From positions 92,334-156,333 of the forward strand of contig JAURXZ010000049.1 in assembly GCA_030654175.1 (NCBI GenBank): 64,000 bases of DNA, read 5' to 3'. Positions within the stretch are counted from its first letter, which is position 1. Every line of letters begins with the position of its first letter. The notes under the pieces are model-generated. The model was not told the DNA's origin and did no database searches. It saw only the letters and a list, made by a program, of their open reading frames with translations. The DNA comes from Bacteroidia bacterium (lineage in GTDB: Bacteria > Bacteroidota > Bacteroidia > 2-12-FULL-35-15). Below are positions 8,687-18,252 of the stretch, one piece after another. The translations under genes and the position numbers were made by a program.

Positions 8687-11600
8687 ATGAGTGAAAAGAT
8701 TCTGAAAGCATTGATGCGACTGTTCGCTATCATTGCTAAATCTGACGAAAATACTGTTGATGCTAAAAGTGTAGTTGAATCTTATTTGAAACAACAACTT
8801 AATAAAGAGCAGGTGCAAGAGTACCTTGCTATTTATGAAGGTTTTTTAAAATTGCAGGATGAGGGAGCACAGGGGGAGAAGAAAAAAAGACGTTTGGCGG
8901 TTAGTTCTGTTAAAGTAATTGTTATTTGTGATCAGATAAATGAGGAACTGACTCAAAAGCAGAAATTTATTGTTTTGTTGAATCTTATTGAATTTGTAAG
9001 TTCAAATGGTTCCATTTCTGAGCAGGAAATGGAGTTCATATATACTGTTTCTTCCTCATTTAAAATTCCTGATGAAGAATTTAACCAGTGTTTGTCTTTA
9101 GCATCAAAAAATACTATTTCAGAGATTGAAGATTCTCAAAATTTTCTTGTTATCAGTAATCAGAAAAACAGATCGATTGCGCCTTCTCAAATTTCTTTGG
9201 AGGCTAACACGCAAAAGTTATATTCTGAATCCATAATAGGCGATCTGGCTGTTTTACATATTAAAAGTATAGGAATATATCTTATTCGCTATTATGGCGA
9301 TGCAGAACTGTTTTTAAACGGACAAATTATCACTCCTCATAAAATTTATGTTTTATCACAAGGCTCTTCCATTCGAAGTTCAAAAGTTCAGCCAATTTAT
9401 TACAGCGATATTGTATTTGCTTTCTCCAATGATCTTTCGGAAAGTAAAATTGTGTTCGCTGTAAATGATATTGATTTTAAATTTAAAAGTGGACACATAG
9501 GATTGCATAAGCTAAACTTTACTGAAAATTCAGGAAAGCTGATCGGTATTATGGGTGGGAGCGGGGCTGGGAAATCCACGCTGCTTAATATTTTAAATGG
9601 TAACAATACCCCTTCATCAGGAGAGGTCCTGGTAAATGGACATGATCTTCACCAGGATAAAAAAGAGCTGGAAGGTGTAATTGGATATATTCCTCAGGAT
9701 GATCTATTGATTGAAGAACTTACCGTTTATCAAAATTTATTTTATAATTCTAAATTATGTTTTGACGACTATTCGGATGAAAAAATTGATCGGATGGTTA
9801 TTGAAATGCTCAATGATTTGGGCCTCTATGAAACGAAGGACCTAAAAGTTGGTAATTCACTTGATAAAACTATAAGTGGGGGACAACGAAAAAGATTAAA
9901 CATTGCTTTGGAGCTAATTCGGGAGCCTTCAGTATTGTTTGTTGATGAGCCCACCTCGGGGCTGTCTTCAAGGGATTCGGAAAATATAATGGATCTGCTC
10001 AAGGAGCTTTCGCTGAAAGGAAAACTTATTTTCGTTGTGATCCATCAGCCTTCTTCTGAAATTTTTAAAATGTTTGATAAGCTTCTTATCCTTGATGTTG
10101 GTGGTTATCCTATTTACAATGGTAACCCTGTGGAATCGGTGATCTATTTTAAAACCCTTATCAACCAGGTGAATGCGAATGAAAGTGAATGTAATACTTG
10201 CGGTAATGTAAATCCTGAACAGATATTTAATATTATTGAATCAAAAGTATTGGATGAAAATGGCAATCAAACAAGATTAAGAAGAATATCTCCAAAAGAG
10301 TGGAATGAATTTTATATTTCTAAAAACACTGTTAATCCGTCTATTTCAAAGGACACTGCCAAACAACCAATAAAAAACACGTTTAAAAAACCGAATTTTT
10401 TAAACCAATTCAAAGTATTCACTACCCGTGATGTATTATCGAAATTGTCGAATACACAATATCTTTTTATAAATCTTTTAGAGGCGCCTCTGCTTGCCTT
10501 AATTTTAGCCACGCTTATCAAATATTATAAAAACGATCAGAATTATTTATTTTCTGATAATAAAAATATGCCGGCATATATTTTTATGTGTGTGATCGTT
10601 TCTTTATTCATAGGCCTTACCGTTAGTGCGGAGGAAATTATCAGGGACAGGAAAATTTTAAAACGGGAATCGTTTTTGAATTTGAGTAAAGGAAGTTATT
10701 TAACTTCTAAAATACTTATCCTGTTTTTTATTTCCGCCATTCAAACGATAACTTTTGTTTTAATAGGGAATTATATTTTAGAGATCAAAGGAATGTATTT
10801 GGATTATTGGATGGTTTTATTCACTGCTTCTTGTTTTGCAAATATGTTGGGGTTGAATATTTCATCAGCATTTAATTCAGCCGTAACCATTTATATTTTG
10901 ATTCCCTTTTTGTTGATCCCGCAAATATTATTAAGTGGAGTAATTGTGAAGTTCGAAGAATTAAATCCTAAAATCTCCAGCCAGTCGTTGGTGCCATTTT
11001 CAGGAGAGATAATGACCTCACGATGGGCATTTGAGGCTTTGGCTGTTAACCAGTTTGTAGATAATAAGTATGAGAAACAAATTTATAATTATGAAAAAGA
11101 AATAAGCAATGCCAGTTTTAAAAAAGTGTATTGGTTTTCGAAAATGAATGAACTGGTAGATGCTCTTGAAAATAAAAAGGCCGTTTCTTTAAATTTGGAA
11201 ATTTTAAAACACGAAGTAGATCAGGAAATGAAAGCTATTCCGGAAATAATATTTGCTTCTTTGAATAATATGGATGCTGGAAATATTGATGAAAACTTAA
11301 TTAATGAGTTAAAAGAATACCTGGTAAAAGTGAAGGACCACTATTCTCAAAAATATGAAAAGGCCGTTAAGAGCAAGGATGAATGGATGAGTGGATTTCA
11401 AGGAAATGATTTACATAAGGCAGAATATCAGCAGTTGCTGAGCAATTACCAAAATTCAAAAATTGAAGATCTTTTAAAAAATGCAGGTTCTGATCTGGAT
11501 GAGGTCGTTGAAAGTGATGGAAAACTGATCGCTACCGGAGATCCTATTTATAGAGATGGACCCAAGGATCATTTTATACGCTCGCATTTTTTTTCGCCAA

Positions 11601-11755
11601 CTAAAAATGTGTTTGGAAACTTATACAGCACTTATTGGGTTAATATTGGTGTTATTTGGGCCATGTCATTCTTATTATGGTTTACATTGTATTTTGATGT
11701 TTTGAGAAGAATTTTGAATTTGTTTGCTGTGATCCCATGGAAAACAAAAAAATAA
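8687..11755 (+). CDS. ABCG-like transporter (N-terminal TerB-like region, ATPase, then ABC-2 membrane domain)
   Basis: GGSGAGKS, ISGGQRKR, LFVDEPTSGL, VIHQP; hydrophobic C-terminal half with SRWAFEAL. Confidence 0.85.
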   Translation: MSEKILKALMRLFAIIAKSDENTVDAKSVVESYLKQQLNKEQVQEYLAIYEGFLKLQDEGAQGEKKKRRLAVSSVKVIVICDQINEELTQKQKFIVLLNLIEFVSSNGSISEQEMEFIYTVSSSFKIPDEEFNQCLSLASKNTISEIEDSQNFLVISNQKNRSIAPSQISLEANTQKLYSESIIGDLAVLHIKSIGIYLIRYYGDAELFLNGQIITPHKIYVLSQGSSIRSSKVQPIYYSDIVFAFSNDLSESKIVFAVNDIDFKFKSGHIGLHKLNFTENSGKLIGIMGGSGAGKSTLLNILNGNNTPSSGEVLVNGHDLHQDKKELEGVIGYIPQDDLLIEELTVYQNLFYNSKLCFDDYSDEKIDRMVIEMLNDLGLYETKDLKVGNSLDKTISGGQRKRLNIALELIREPSVLFVDEPTSGLSSRDSENIMDLLKELSLKGKLIFVVIHQPSSEIFKMFDKLLILDVGGYPIYNGNPVESVIYFKTLINQVNANESECNTCGNVNPEQIFNIIESKVLDENGNQTRLRRISPKEWNEFYISKNTVNPSISKDTAKQPIKNTFKKPNFLNQFKVFTTRDVLSKLSNTQYLFINLLEAPLLALILATLIKYYKNDQNYLFSDNKNMPAYIFMCVIVSLFIGLTVSAEEIIRDRKILKRESFLNLSKGSYLTSKILILFFISAIQTITFVLIGNYILEIKGMYLDYWMVLFTASCFANMLGLNISSAFNSAVTIYILIPFLLIPQILLSGVIVKFEELNPKISSQSLVPFSGEIMTSRWAFEALAVNQFVDNKYEKQIYNYEKEISNASFKKVYWFSKMNELVDALENKKAVSLNLEILKHEVDQEMKAIPEIIFASLNNMDAGNIDENLINELKEYLVKVKDHYSQKYEKAVKSKDEWMSGFQGNDLHKAEYQQLLSNYQNSKIEDLLKNAGSDLDEVVESDGKLIATGDPIYRDGPKDHFIRSHFFSPTKNVFGNLYSTYWVNIGVIWAMSFLLWFTLYFDVLRRILNLFAVIPWKTKK

Positions 11756-11790
11756 AGTTTCACTACTAAGACAATTAGTAGCGAAACTTT
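11754..11790. terminator. Bidirectional terminator hairpin between convergent genes
   Basis: AAAGTTTCACTACTAA-gacaa-TTAGTAGCGAAACTTT. Confidence 0.75.
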
Positions 11791-11819
11791 ATTGATCTAT
11801 CTACAAAGCCTGAACAAAT

Positions 11820-13277
11820 TTAGAAATTGAAATTAACTCCTGCTGTAAATGGATATACTTGTGGCCCTTTATCTTTTTTAAATAACCTGTTCAAGCCATA
11901 ATTTGCAAATAGTGTAACATTATTATAACCAATGCGAGCAGTAGCTGTATAAAGAAAAGGCTCCAGGTTAAAATCATCACGTTGTTTTATTTTGTTATGC
12001 TTATCATTCAGATCATATTTTTGTTTTAATACAGAATGTATACGGTATTCAAATTGTGCACCAACAGCTACATGGAAATTATGATTGGATTTTTTTCCGG
12101 TGTTAAACTCGATCATTAATGGTGCTTTGATATAACTTACATTCAATGTGTTTTTCTTGTACTTTACCGCGTCATTTGAAGCATCCAGATAGGTGGCATC
12201 AGAATTTAATGTTACATTGTTTTTTAATGCATAGTGCTTAAAATCGAAACCAAATCCGGTTACCAGGTTTACATAATTTTTATAGATATGGAAATTTTTT
12301 TCCAGTAGGTTTAGTCCGAAATGAATTGACCTTGCATAGTTCAATTCTAAGAATGTTGCGCCTTCCGGAGCATCTAACTTATTATTGTAATCTAATAAAC
12401 CATTAACTCCTATTTCAAAACCAGTCCAGTGTTTGAACTCTTCGTTATAATTCCTTAAAGAATCTTTTTTACTTATAACTTCTTCATCCTCGTCATCATC
12501 ATCGCCATCACCTATAATTACGTATTTCTTTTTTCCAAGTTTAAGTTTTGTTGTATCAGTGGCAGTTTCTTCACCATTACCACTTCTGCTTTCACGAACC
12601 GATCCAAAACCGGTAATGCTTATATTTCTATCGGTCGGATTCCCTTTGTAAATTACAGAACCAACGCCCGAAACATCTGCATCTAAATTTTGTTTAACAT
12701 TTATCTTTGCATCACCTGCACCGGATACTTTAACTTTTGCTTTATCAACTTCCAGGTTCGATGCACGTAAATTACCTACTCCTGATAAGGTTGCTTCTAA
12801 TATTTGCGCAGCTCCGATCAATACAACATTACCAACCCCGCTAATGTTAGTTTTAACATCACTTGCTTTAATATCCAAATGGATTTTTCCGGCACCATTT
12901 GACGAAATTGTTAATTTGTCACATATTAACTGATTGCCGGACTTTACGTCTGCAGCACCAGTTATATCCAAATTGCTAAGTGATTTAATTCCAATATTTA
13001 TCACTAAAGGTTTATCACTTTTAATATTGTCTACCGCAATAATGGATAATATACCATCTTTTACTTCGGTTTTAATTTGCAGTTGGGATTTTTCATCTGC
13101 ATCAACTTTAACAGTATTTGAGTCGCTTTGCGAAAGAATAATATTAAAATTATCGCCAGCTTTTACTCCGTTGAAATCACCAACGGTTCTTTTTTCTTGA
13201 GCTGTGGAACTAAATATTGAGAAGCCTGTTAATAAAACAAGTCCAACTAATTTTATTTTTATGTTTCCAGTTTTCAT
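11820..13277 (-). CDS. DUF2807/head-GIN domain protein fused to an outer-membrane beta-barrel
   Basis: Signal peptide; repeated SG(A/V)G beta-solenoid units; aromatic-rich C-terminal strands ending in ...VNFNF. Confidence 0.75.
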   Translation of the reverse strand: MKTGNIKIKLVGLVLLTGFSIFSSTAQEKRTVGDFNGVKAGDNFNIILSQSDSNTVKVDADEKSQLQIKTEVKDGILSIIAVDNIKSDKPLVINIGIKSLSNLDITGAADVKSGNQLICDKLTISSNGAGKIHLDIKASDVKTNISGVGNVVLIGAAQILEATLSGVGNLRASNLEVDKAKVKVSGAGDAKINVKQNLDADVSGVGSVIYKGNPTDRNISITGFGSVRESRSGNGEETATDTTKLKLGKKKYVIIGDGDDDDEDEEVISKKDSLRNYNEEFKHWTGFEIGVNGLLDYNNKLDAPEGATFLELNYARSIHFGLNLLEKNFHIYKNYVNLVTGFGFDFKHYALKNNVTLNSDATYLDASNDAVKYKKNTLNVSYIKAPLMIEFNTGKKSNHNFHVAVGAQFEYRIHSVLKQKYDLNDKHNKIKQRDDFNLEPFLYTATARIGYNNVTLFANYGLNRLFKKDKGPQVYPFTAGVNFNF

Positions 13278-13310
13278 AATTTATTTTTTTAAGATTTCAG
13301 TTTTGTTATG

Positions 13311-13481
13311 TGACGTTTGTATTTGTAGATTTGTTACAGCTGTAATTTTTTATTGTGGATTTTACTTTATTCTTGTTCTGTGACGAATGCAATAATAGAT
13401 TTGTTACAAAATTAGTTTCAGTATTTATTTTAAATTATCCCATTTTTATGATGTGACGTTTATAAGTATTCATTTGTTACA
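13311..13481 (-). promoter_or_regulatory. Three tandem ECF-type promoters (TGTAAC-N17-CGTCA)
   Basis: Plus strand TGACG-N17-GTTACA at 13311-13338, 13381-13408 and 13454-13481. Confidence 0.75.
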
Positions 13482-13633
13482 ATAATTTTTTATAAATGAA
13501 ATAAAAAACAAGCAAGTGAGGCTAAAAGTCTTGACCTAATTGATATCTGTTGTAATAAAATAATTATTTATGTCAAAAGGATTTTATCTTTAGAGGGCTA
13601 AAGTAGCATTTTTTAATAAATTTAAAAGATTGC

Positions 13634-13660
13634 TGTAACTTTAGGGTAACCTATCCGTCA
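13634..13660 (+). promoter_or_regulatory. ECF-type autoregulatory promoter (TGTAAC-N16-CGTCA)
   Basis: Same motif, 46 nt upstream of the ECF sigma start codon. Confidence 0.75.
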
Positions 13661-13706
13661 TACCACAAACGAAAGCTGCTTTTATCAATTAGAATGCTTA
13701 ATAAGA

Positions 13707-14192
13707 ATGACAGTACAAGAATTTAATAAGACTGTTGATTTATATGCAGATAATCTGTATCGGTTTATCCTTAAAAATATTAAGGATTCTGAAAAAGCGC
13801 GTGATATTGTGCAGGATACTTACGAAAAAATGTGGTTAAAGGTATCTGAGGTGGAATCTACAAATGCCAAATCCTATATGTTCACTGCGGCATACCGCAC
13901 AATGATAGATCGTATCAGACGTGATAAGAAACAAGGTGACCTGTCCGAATCAAATATGCATAGTTTAAGCCATAACAATCATTACAGTGATTTGAAAGAG
14001 ATATTGAATGAAGCTTTAACAAAACTACCCGAAATACAACGTTCTGTTATTTTATTACGCGATTATGAGGGGTACAATTATTCTGAAATAGGTGAAATTA
14101 CCGGATTAAATGAATCTCAGGTTAAGGTGTATATTTTTAGGGCTAGAGGTTTTTTGAAAAATTATATTGGAGCGATGGAGAATGTGATGTAA
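13707..14192 (+). CDS. ECF RNA polymerase sigma factor
   Basis: Region 2 ARDIVQDTY..W; region 4 LP..QRSVILLRDYEGYNYSEI...VKVYIFRAR. Confidence 0.93.
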   Translation: MTVQEFNKTVDLYADNLYRFILKNIKDSEKARDIVQDTYEKMWLKVSEVESTNAKSYMFTAAYRTMIDRIRRDKKQGDLSESNMHSLSHNNHYSDLKEILNEALTKLPEIQRSVILLRDYEGYNYSEIGEITGLNESQVKVYIFRARGFLKNYIGAMENVM

Positions 14193-14315
14193 AAAGGGGG
14201 CTCGCTAAATTCCTTTTTTTTAAGAATGAGGTAAATTGAGAGCATGTTAAAATTGAAATCAATAATTAAACGGTTTAAAATTCCTTTTTCCTTTGGAATT
14301 GGATAAATAGATTAA

Positions 14316-15629
14316 ATGAATATCAACAAAAATAACTACGAAGCATATTTCCTTGATTATCACGAGGGAAATCTGACACCTGTTCAGGTGGCGGACTTGC
14401 TGTTTTTTGTTGAACAGCATCCTGAATTAAAAGAGGAATTTGAAAATTTTGAAAATTTTTCACTTGAAGATTTTTCTTCTATTGAATTTGCAAACAAATC
14501 AAGTTTGAAGAAAGAAATCACACTTGATAATAAAGAAGAATATTTTATAAGAGCAGTAGAAAATGAGTTGAATCCTACTGAAATTACCTTATTGAAGAAT
14601 TTCTTAAAACAATATCCTCAATTTTTGGTTGATCTTGAATTGTTTCAAAAAACAAAAATTTCTCTTGATACTTCTATCCTTTTTGAACATAAAAACGGAT
14701 TAAAAAGAGCTGTTTTTACTAAATCCGGGTCCGATTTGTCCGAGGCCGATGAGTTATTGATTAGCTCAATTGAAGGGCTATTAAGTCCAATGGAGATCAA
14801 TTTATTGAATGAACGTTTAGTTGAAGATAAAGAAATAGCGGAAAAATTTGTTTTATTTAATCAAACAAAACTCATTGCTGATAGATCTATCGTTTTTGAA
14901 GGTAAAGAAAGCTTAAAACATAAATCTAATAAACTCATTCCGTTTTACTATTATATTTCAGCAGCGGCAGCTATAATACTATTGTTTGGCTTGTTCTTTT
15001 TATTTAATAATGATACTATCCAACCTGAATTGGCTATTAAACTGCCAGTTATAAACAATAAAAAAACAGAATTAATTGAAAGCCCGGCTTTAGTGGAAAA
15101 TAAAGTTGTAAAAATAAAAACGCAACCAATTAACACCATTGCGTTGGTAGCGAAAAAAGAAAAATCAAAAACAATAAATTTGAATCTTAAGGATTCTCTT
15201 TTGACTTCTCCTGTGGTGGTTCCCGATTTATTAATAGCATCAAATAAAGGGATCGTAGAATCATTTATGGGTACGGATACTTTACTGGTTAAACCTAGCA
15301 AGATTGAGCAATTAGCCGATAATCGAATTGAAGTTGCAAAAGCGGATAAAAAAAGCGAAACGGAGAAACCAACCGAATTCCTTTCTATTCCTGAATTAGC
15401 AGTTGAAAAAATCAAAGAAAAATTATTAGATAAAAATGCAATTGCTGCACAAAAGAAAAGCGGTAATTTAAAAAAAGTTACTGGTTGGGATATCGCACAA
15501 GTGCTTACAACCGGTATAAGTAAACTTACAGGTCGCGAAGTTGAATTAAAACCTTACTATAATGATGAAGGTGCCGTAACCGCTTATGCGCTTAATGCAG
15601 GTGCATTTCAGATTTCAAGAGGGAGATAA
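14316..15629 (+). CDS. Putative membrane anti-sigma factor with three N-terminal ~65-aa repeats
   Basis: Follows the ECF gene; repeated 'E.Y...Y.EG.L...E...FQKTK....I.F..K..LK' units, one TM helix (ISAAAAIILLFGLFFL), extracytoplasmic tail. Confidence 0.7.
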   Translation: MNINKNNYEAYFLDYHEGNLTPVQVADLLFFVEQHPELKEEFENFENFSLEDFSSIEFANKSSLKKEITLDNKEEYFIRAVENELNPTEITLLKNFLKQYPQFLVDLELFQKTKISLDTSILFEHKNGLKRAVFTKSGSDLSEADELLISSIEGLLSPMEINLLNERLVEDKEIAEKFVLFNQTKLIADRSIVFEGKESLKHKSNKLIPFYYYISAAAAIILLFGLFFLFNNDTIQPELAIKLPVINNKKTELIESPALVENKVVKIKTQPINTIALVAKKEKSKTINLNLKDSLLTSPVVVPDLLIASNKGIVESFMGTDTLLVKPSKIEQLADNRIEVAKADKKSETEKPTEFLSIPELAVEKIKEKLLDKNAIAAQKKSGNLKKVTGWDIAQVLTTGISKLTGREVELKPYYNDEGAVTAYALNAGAFQISRGR

Positions 15630-15728
15630 ATGTAATATTTAAATTATAGTTTTTTTAAACAATTGAATTTAGGTGTTTGCAGAAAACGTAATTTGCATTA
15701 AATTTCGGAATCTTAATAAATTTATAAC

Positions 15729-15983
15729 ATGATGAAAAAACTACTATTTACTATAATAGTTGTTTTTATTGGTTTTGTAGTAAAGGGTCAAAACAGGTGG
15801 TCACAAAAAATTAACTTTTCTGCTACCGCTAAAATAATTGGTAAGGTTGGAAAAACCGCAGAAAAGGTAAGTAAAAATGCCCCGGGACTAGTTGGGAAAA
15901 CTGCAAAAATAATTAGTACAACAGCAAAAGTAATGAGTGCAAGCGCGCAGAAGGCGAGCGAAGCGAAAAATAGTAAACAATGA
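15729..15983 (+). CDS. Small secreted Lys-rich hypothetical protein
   Basis: Typical MKKLLF signal peptide; fills the gap between convergent genes. Confidence 0.55.
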   Translation: MMKKLLFTIIVVFIGFVVKGQNRWSQKINFSATAKIIGKVGKTAEKVSKNAPGLVGKTAKIISTTAKVMSASAQKASEAKNSKQ

Positions 15984-16039
15984 TCTTCCTGTTTTTTCGA
16001 GAAGTTATTTCTCACTAACTCTTTTCCGGTATTCTGGGT

Positions 16040-18226
16040 TTAAATTCTTATTCCAATCACAAGTATATCATCAATTTGTTCATTTGTATCTTTCCATTTT
16101 TCAATGAAATCCTCAAGGAAAATTCTCTGCTCATCCATTTGTTTTTGTTGAATGCTTAAAAAAATTTCTTTGAATCTTTTTGTCATTAGTTTTTCATCTG
16201 AACTACTAAACTGGTCAGCATATCCATCCGAAAAAATGTAAATGCAATCACCTTTCATTAGTGATACCTTAGTTCTGGTAAATTTCCGTTCTGTTTCCGA
16301 CTGAGCTCCACCAATGGCAAATTTATTTCCTTTTATTTCTGTTAGTTGGTAGTTGTTCTGGAATGAGCCCGTATTGAGTGAAATCGAAGTGCTGGTGGAA
16401 GTCCCATTATCAATTGTTAATTCTCCTTTATCAATTTTTTTAATGATCCACAACGGTCTTTGCGCACCTGCAAATTCAATTTCGGTATTGGTGATAAAAG
16501 TGATCAAAGAAATATCCATTCCATCTTTCGATTCACTTTGCTCTTCCTGCTTTAATGTTTTGCGTATTTCTTTGTGAAGATGATTTAGAATTTCATCGGG
16601 AGAAGTAATTCCTTTTTCATTCACGATCTGATTTAGAATATTGTTGCCGATCATACTCATTAATGCGCCAGGTACTCCATGTCCAGTACAATCGCAGGCT
16701 GCAATTAATTTTCTTCCGTCCTTTTCTGCAAACCAATAAAAATCACCACTTACAGTATCTTTCGGTTTAAATAAAATAAAAGAATCGGGAAACAGGACGT
16801 GTTTGAATTCTTTGGTCGGAAGAATCGCATCCTGAATAGTTTTTGCATAATCTATGCTGTCGGTGATGTCTTTATTTTTTTCTTCAATTATTTTTTTTTG
16901 CTCCACAATTTCCGAGGTTCTTTCTTTAACCTGTATTTCAAGTGTTTCCTTTTGAGTTTCAAGGATTTTTTGTTTTTCTTTCTCCTGTTCAAGGTTCTTT
17001 TTCGAAAGCGATTCTACTTCTGTTAACTTCTTTTTAAGGATCTTATTCGTTGTTGAAAATTGTTTAGCTAAGTATAACGACATCGAAACAGGGATACTCA
17101 TGGTGGCGAAGGTGAATAATATCTGAGGCAGATAGCCGGAAAAATTTCCATCATTAGGTATCAGTGTTATGGCTGCAACAAATAATATGAAAATAGCTAC
17201 GCCAATACCAATGATCGTTGAGCCTTGTTTTTTATTTATAAGAGCAATTATTACCACTCGTATAACTTCTATAATTGTCAGGCCAATAAAAAAATAAGAA
17301 ATTTTGTCAGTGTATTCCCATTGAAATAAAATAAAGAAAAAATTAAGGGCACCAATAACCAGTGGAAACCAAAATGCTTTTGGGATTCGTTCGTAAAAAA
17401 TAGAATAAACAAGCATGATCAGGGATATTAATAAAACCGGAATCAGTTCGCTTGAGAGATTATCAAACCAGTCAAACAACGCTGCATCTTTTACACTTGT
17501 CTGAAAAAAAGGAGCTAGTGCGTAAAAGGAGAGGAGAGACGCAAATAAAAAATAAAAGAAATTACTTTTATTTGCTCTGTAAAATAGAAAGATGAACAGG
17601 TGTGCAATACCAAGTGCAATAATAAAACCAAAAGGGAAGATACTTTTTACATCTGTGTTCACACTTTCATTGAAAGTATTCACAATTTGTTCATTAGCAG
17701 GAAACAGAAAAACCCGAAATCCTTTGCCGTAATTTATATTCCTGTTATAGCCCGATTTGTGGTTGGAATAACGGATCGCTAACACATATTCATTTCCCGG
17801 GATAATATTTAACGCTACAGGAATAAGATTGGGATAATACCTTTCTTCTTCTTCAGGATCTGAACTTACTGTACCAAAGTTTATAAGTTTTTGTCCATTA
17901 AAATAGATCTCTGAAGCACTTGCCTGCAATATACCAATCGCTAAAGGGAAGGATGCCAGTGAGCTGTCAAAATTCAAATGTAAACGAAACCAGCCTATGC
18001 CTTTAAAATTTGTGTCATCAAGGCTGCCAATGTTAATTGTATCCCAGGCTGTGTCGTCAAAATCTTCATTAGCCCATAAAGTGTCATCGCCCTCATGAAA
18101 TTTCCAGTAGGTATCTAATTCAACTCCTGAAGCGTTTTCGCTATCGATTGTAAAAACATTGGTTTCCTGAGCTCCTGATAAATAGAAAGAAGCCAATAGA
18201 ATAAATAAAATGATTTTTTTTATCAT
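16040..18226 (-). CDS. Membrane sensor: sugar-binding-like domain + 7TM + coiled coil + PP2C/SpoIIE phosphatase
   Basis: WKFHEGDD..W..GIGWFRLH, TM helices, VSGDFYW, DCTGHGVPGA, DGMD, SDGYADQ, QIDDILV; start moved to MIKK. Confidence 0.88.
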   Translation of the reverse strand: MIKKIILFILLASFYLSGAQETNVFTIDSENASGVELDTYWKFHEGDDTLWANEDFDDTAWDTINIGSLDDTNFKGIGWFRLHLNFDSSLASFPLAIGILQASASEIYFNGQKLINFGTVSSDPEEEERYYPNLIPVALNIIPGNEYVLAIRYSNHKSGYNRNINYGKGFRVFLFPANEQIVNTFNESVNTDVKSIFPFGFIIALGIAHLFIFLFYRANKSNFFYFLFASLLSFYALAPFFQTSVKDAALFDWFDNLSSELIPVLLISLIMLVYSIFYERIPKAFWFPLVIGALNFFFILFQWEYTDKISYFFIGLTIIEVIRVVIIALINKKQGSTIIGIGVAIFILFVAAITLIPNDGNFSGYLPQILFTFATMSIPVSMSLYLAKQFSTTNKILKKKLTEVESLSKKNLEQEKEKQKILETQKETLEIQVKERTSEIVEQKKIIEEKNKDITDSIDYAKTIQDAILPTKEFKHVLFPDSFILFKPKDTVSGDFYWFAEKDGRKLIAACDCTGHGVPGALMSMIGNNILNQIVNEKGITSPDEILNHLHKEIRKTLKQEEQSESKDGMDISLITFITNTEIEFAGAQRPLWIIKKIDKGELTIDNGTSTSTSISLNTGSFQNNYQLTEIKGNKFAIGGAQSETERKFTRTKVSLMKGDCIYIFSDGYADQFSSSDEKLMTKRFKEIFLSIQQKQMDEQRIFLEDFIEKWKDTNEQIDDILVIGIRI

Positions 18227-18252
18227 TGAGTTTAAAAATAGTTGCACCGATT

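Noticed and set aside
13311-13481. ~70-bp periodic repeat as a mini CRISPR array
   Set aside because: Only two short boxes are conserved, they match an ECF promoter, and no cas genes are present
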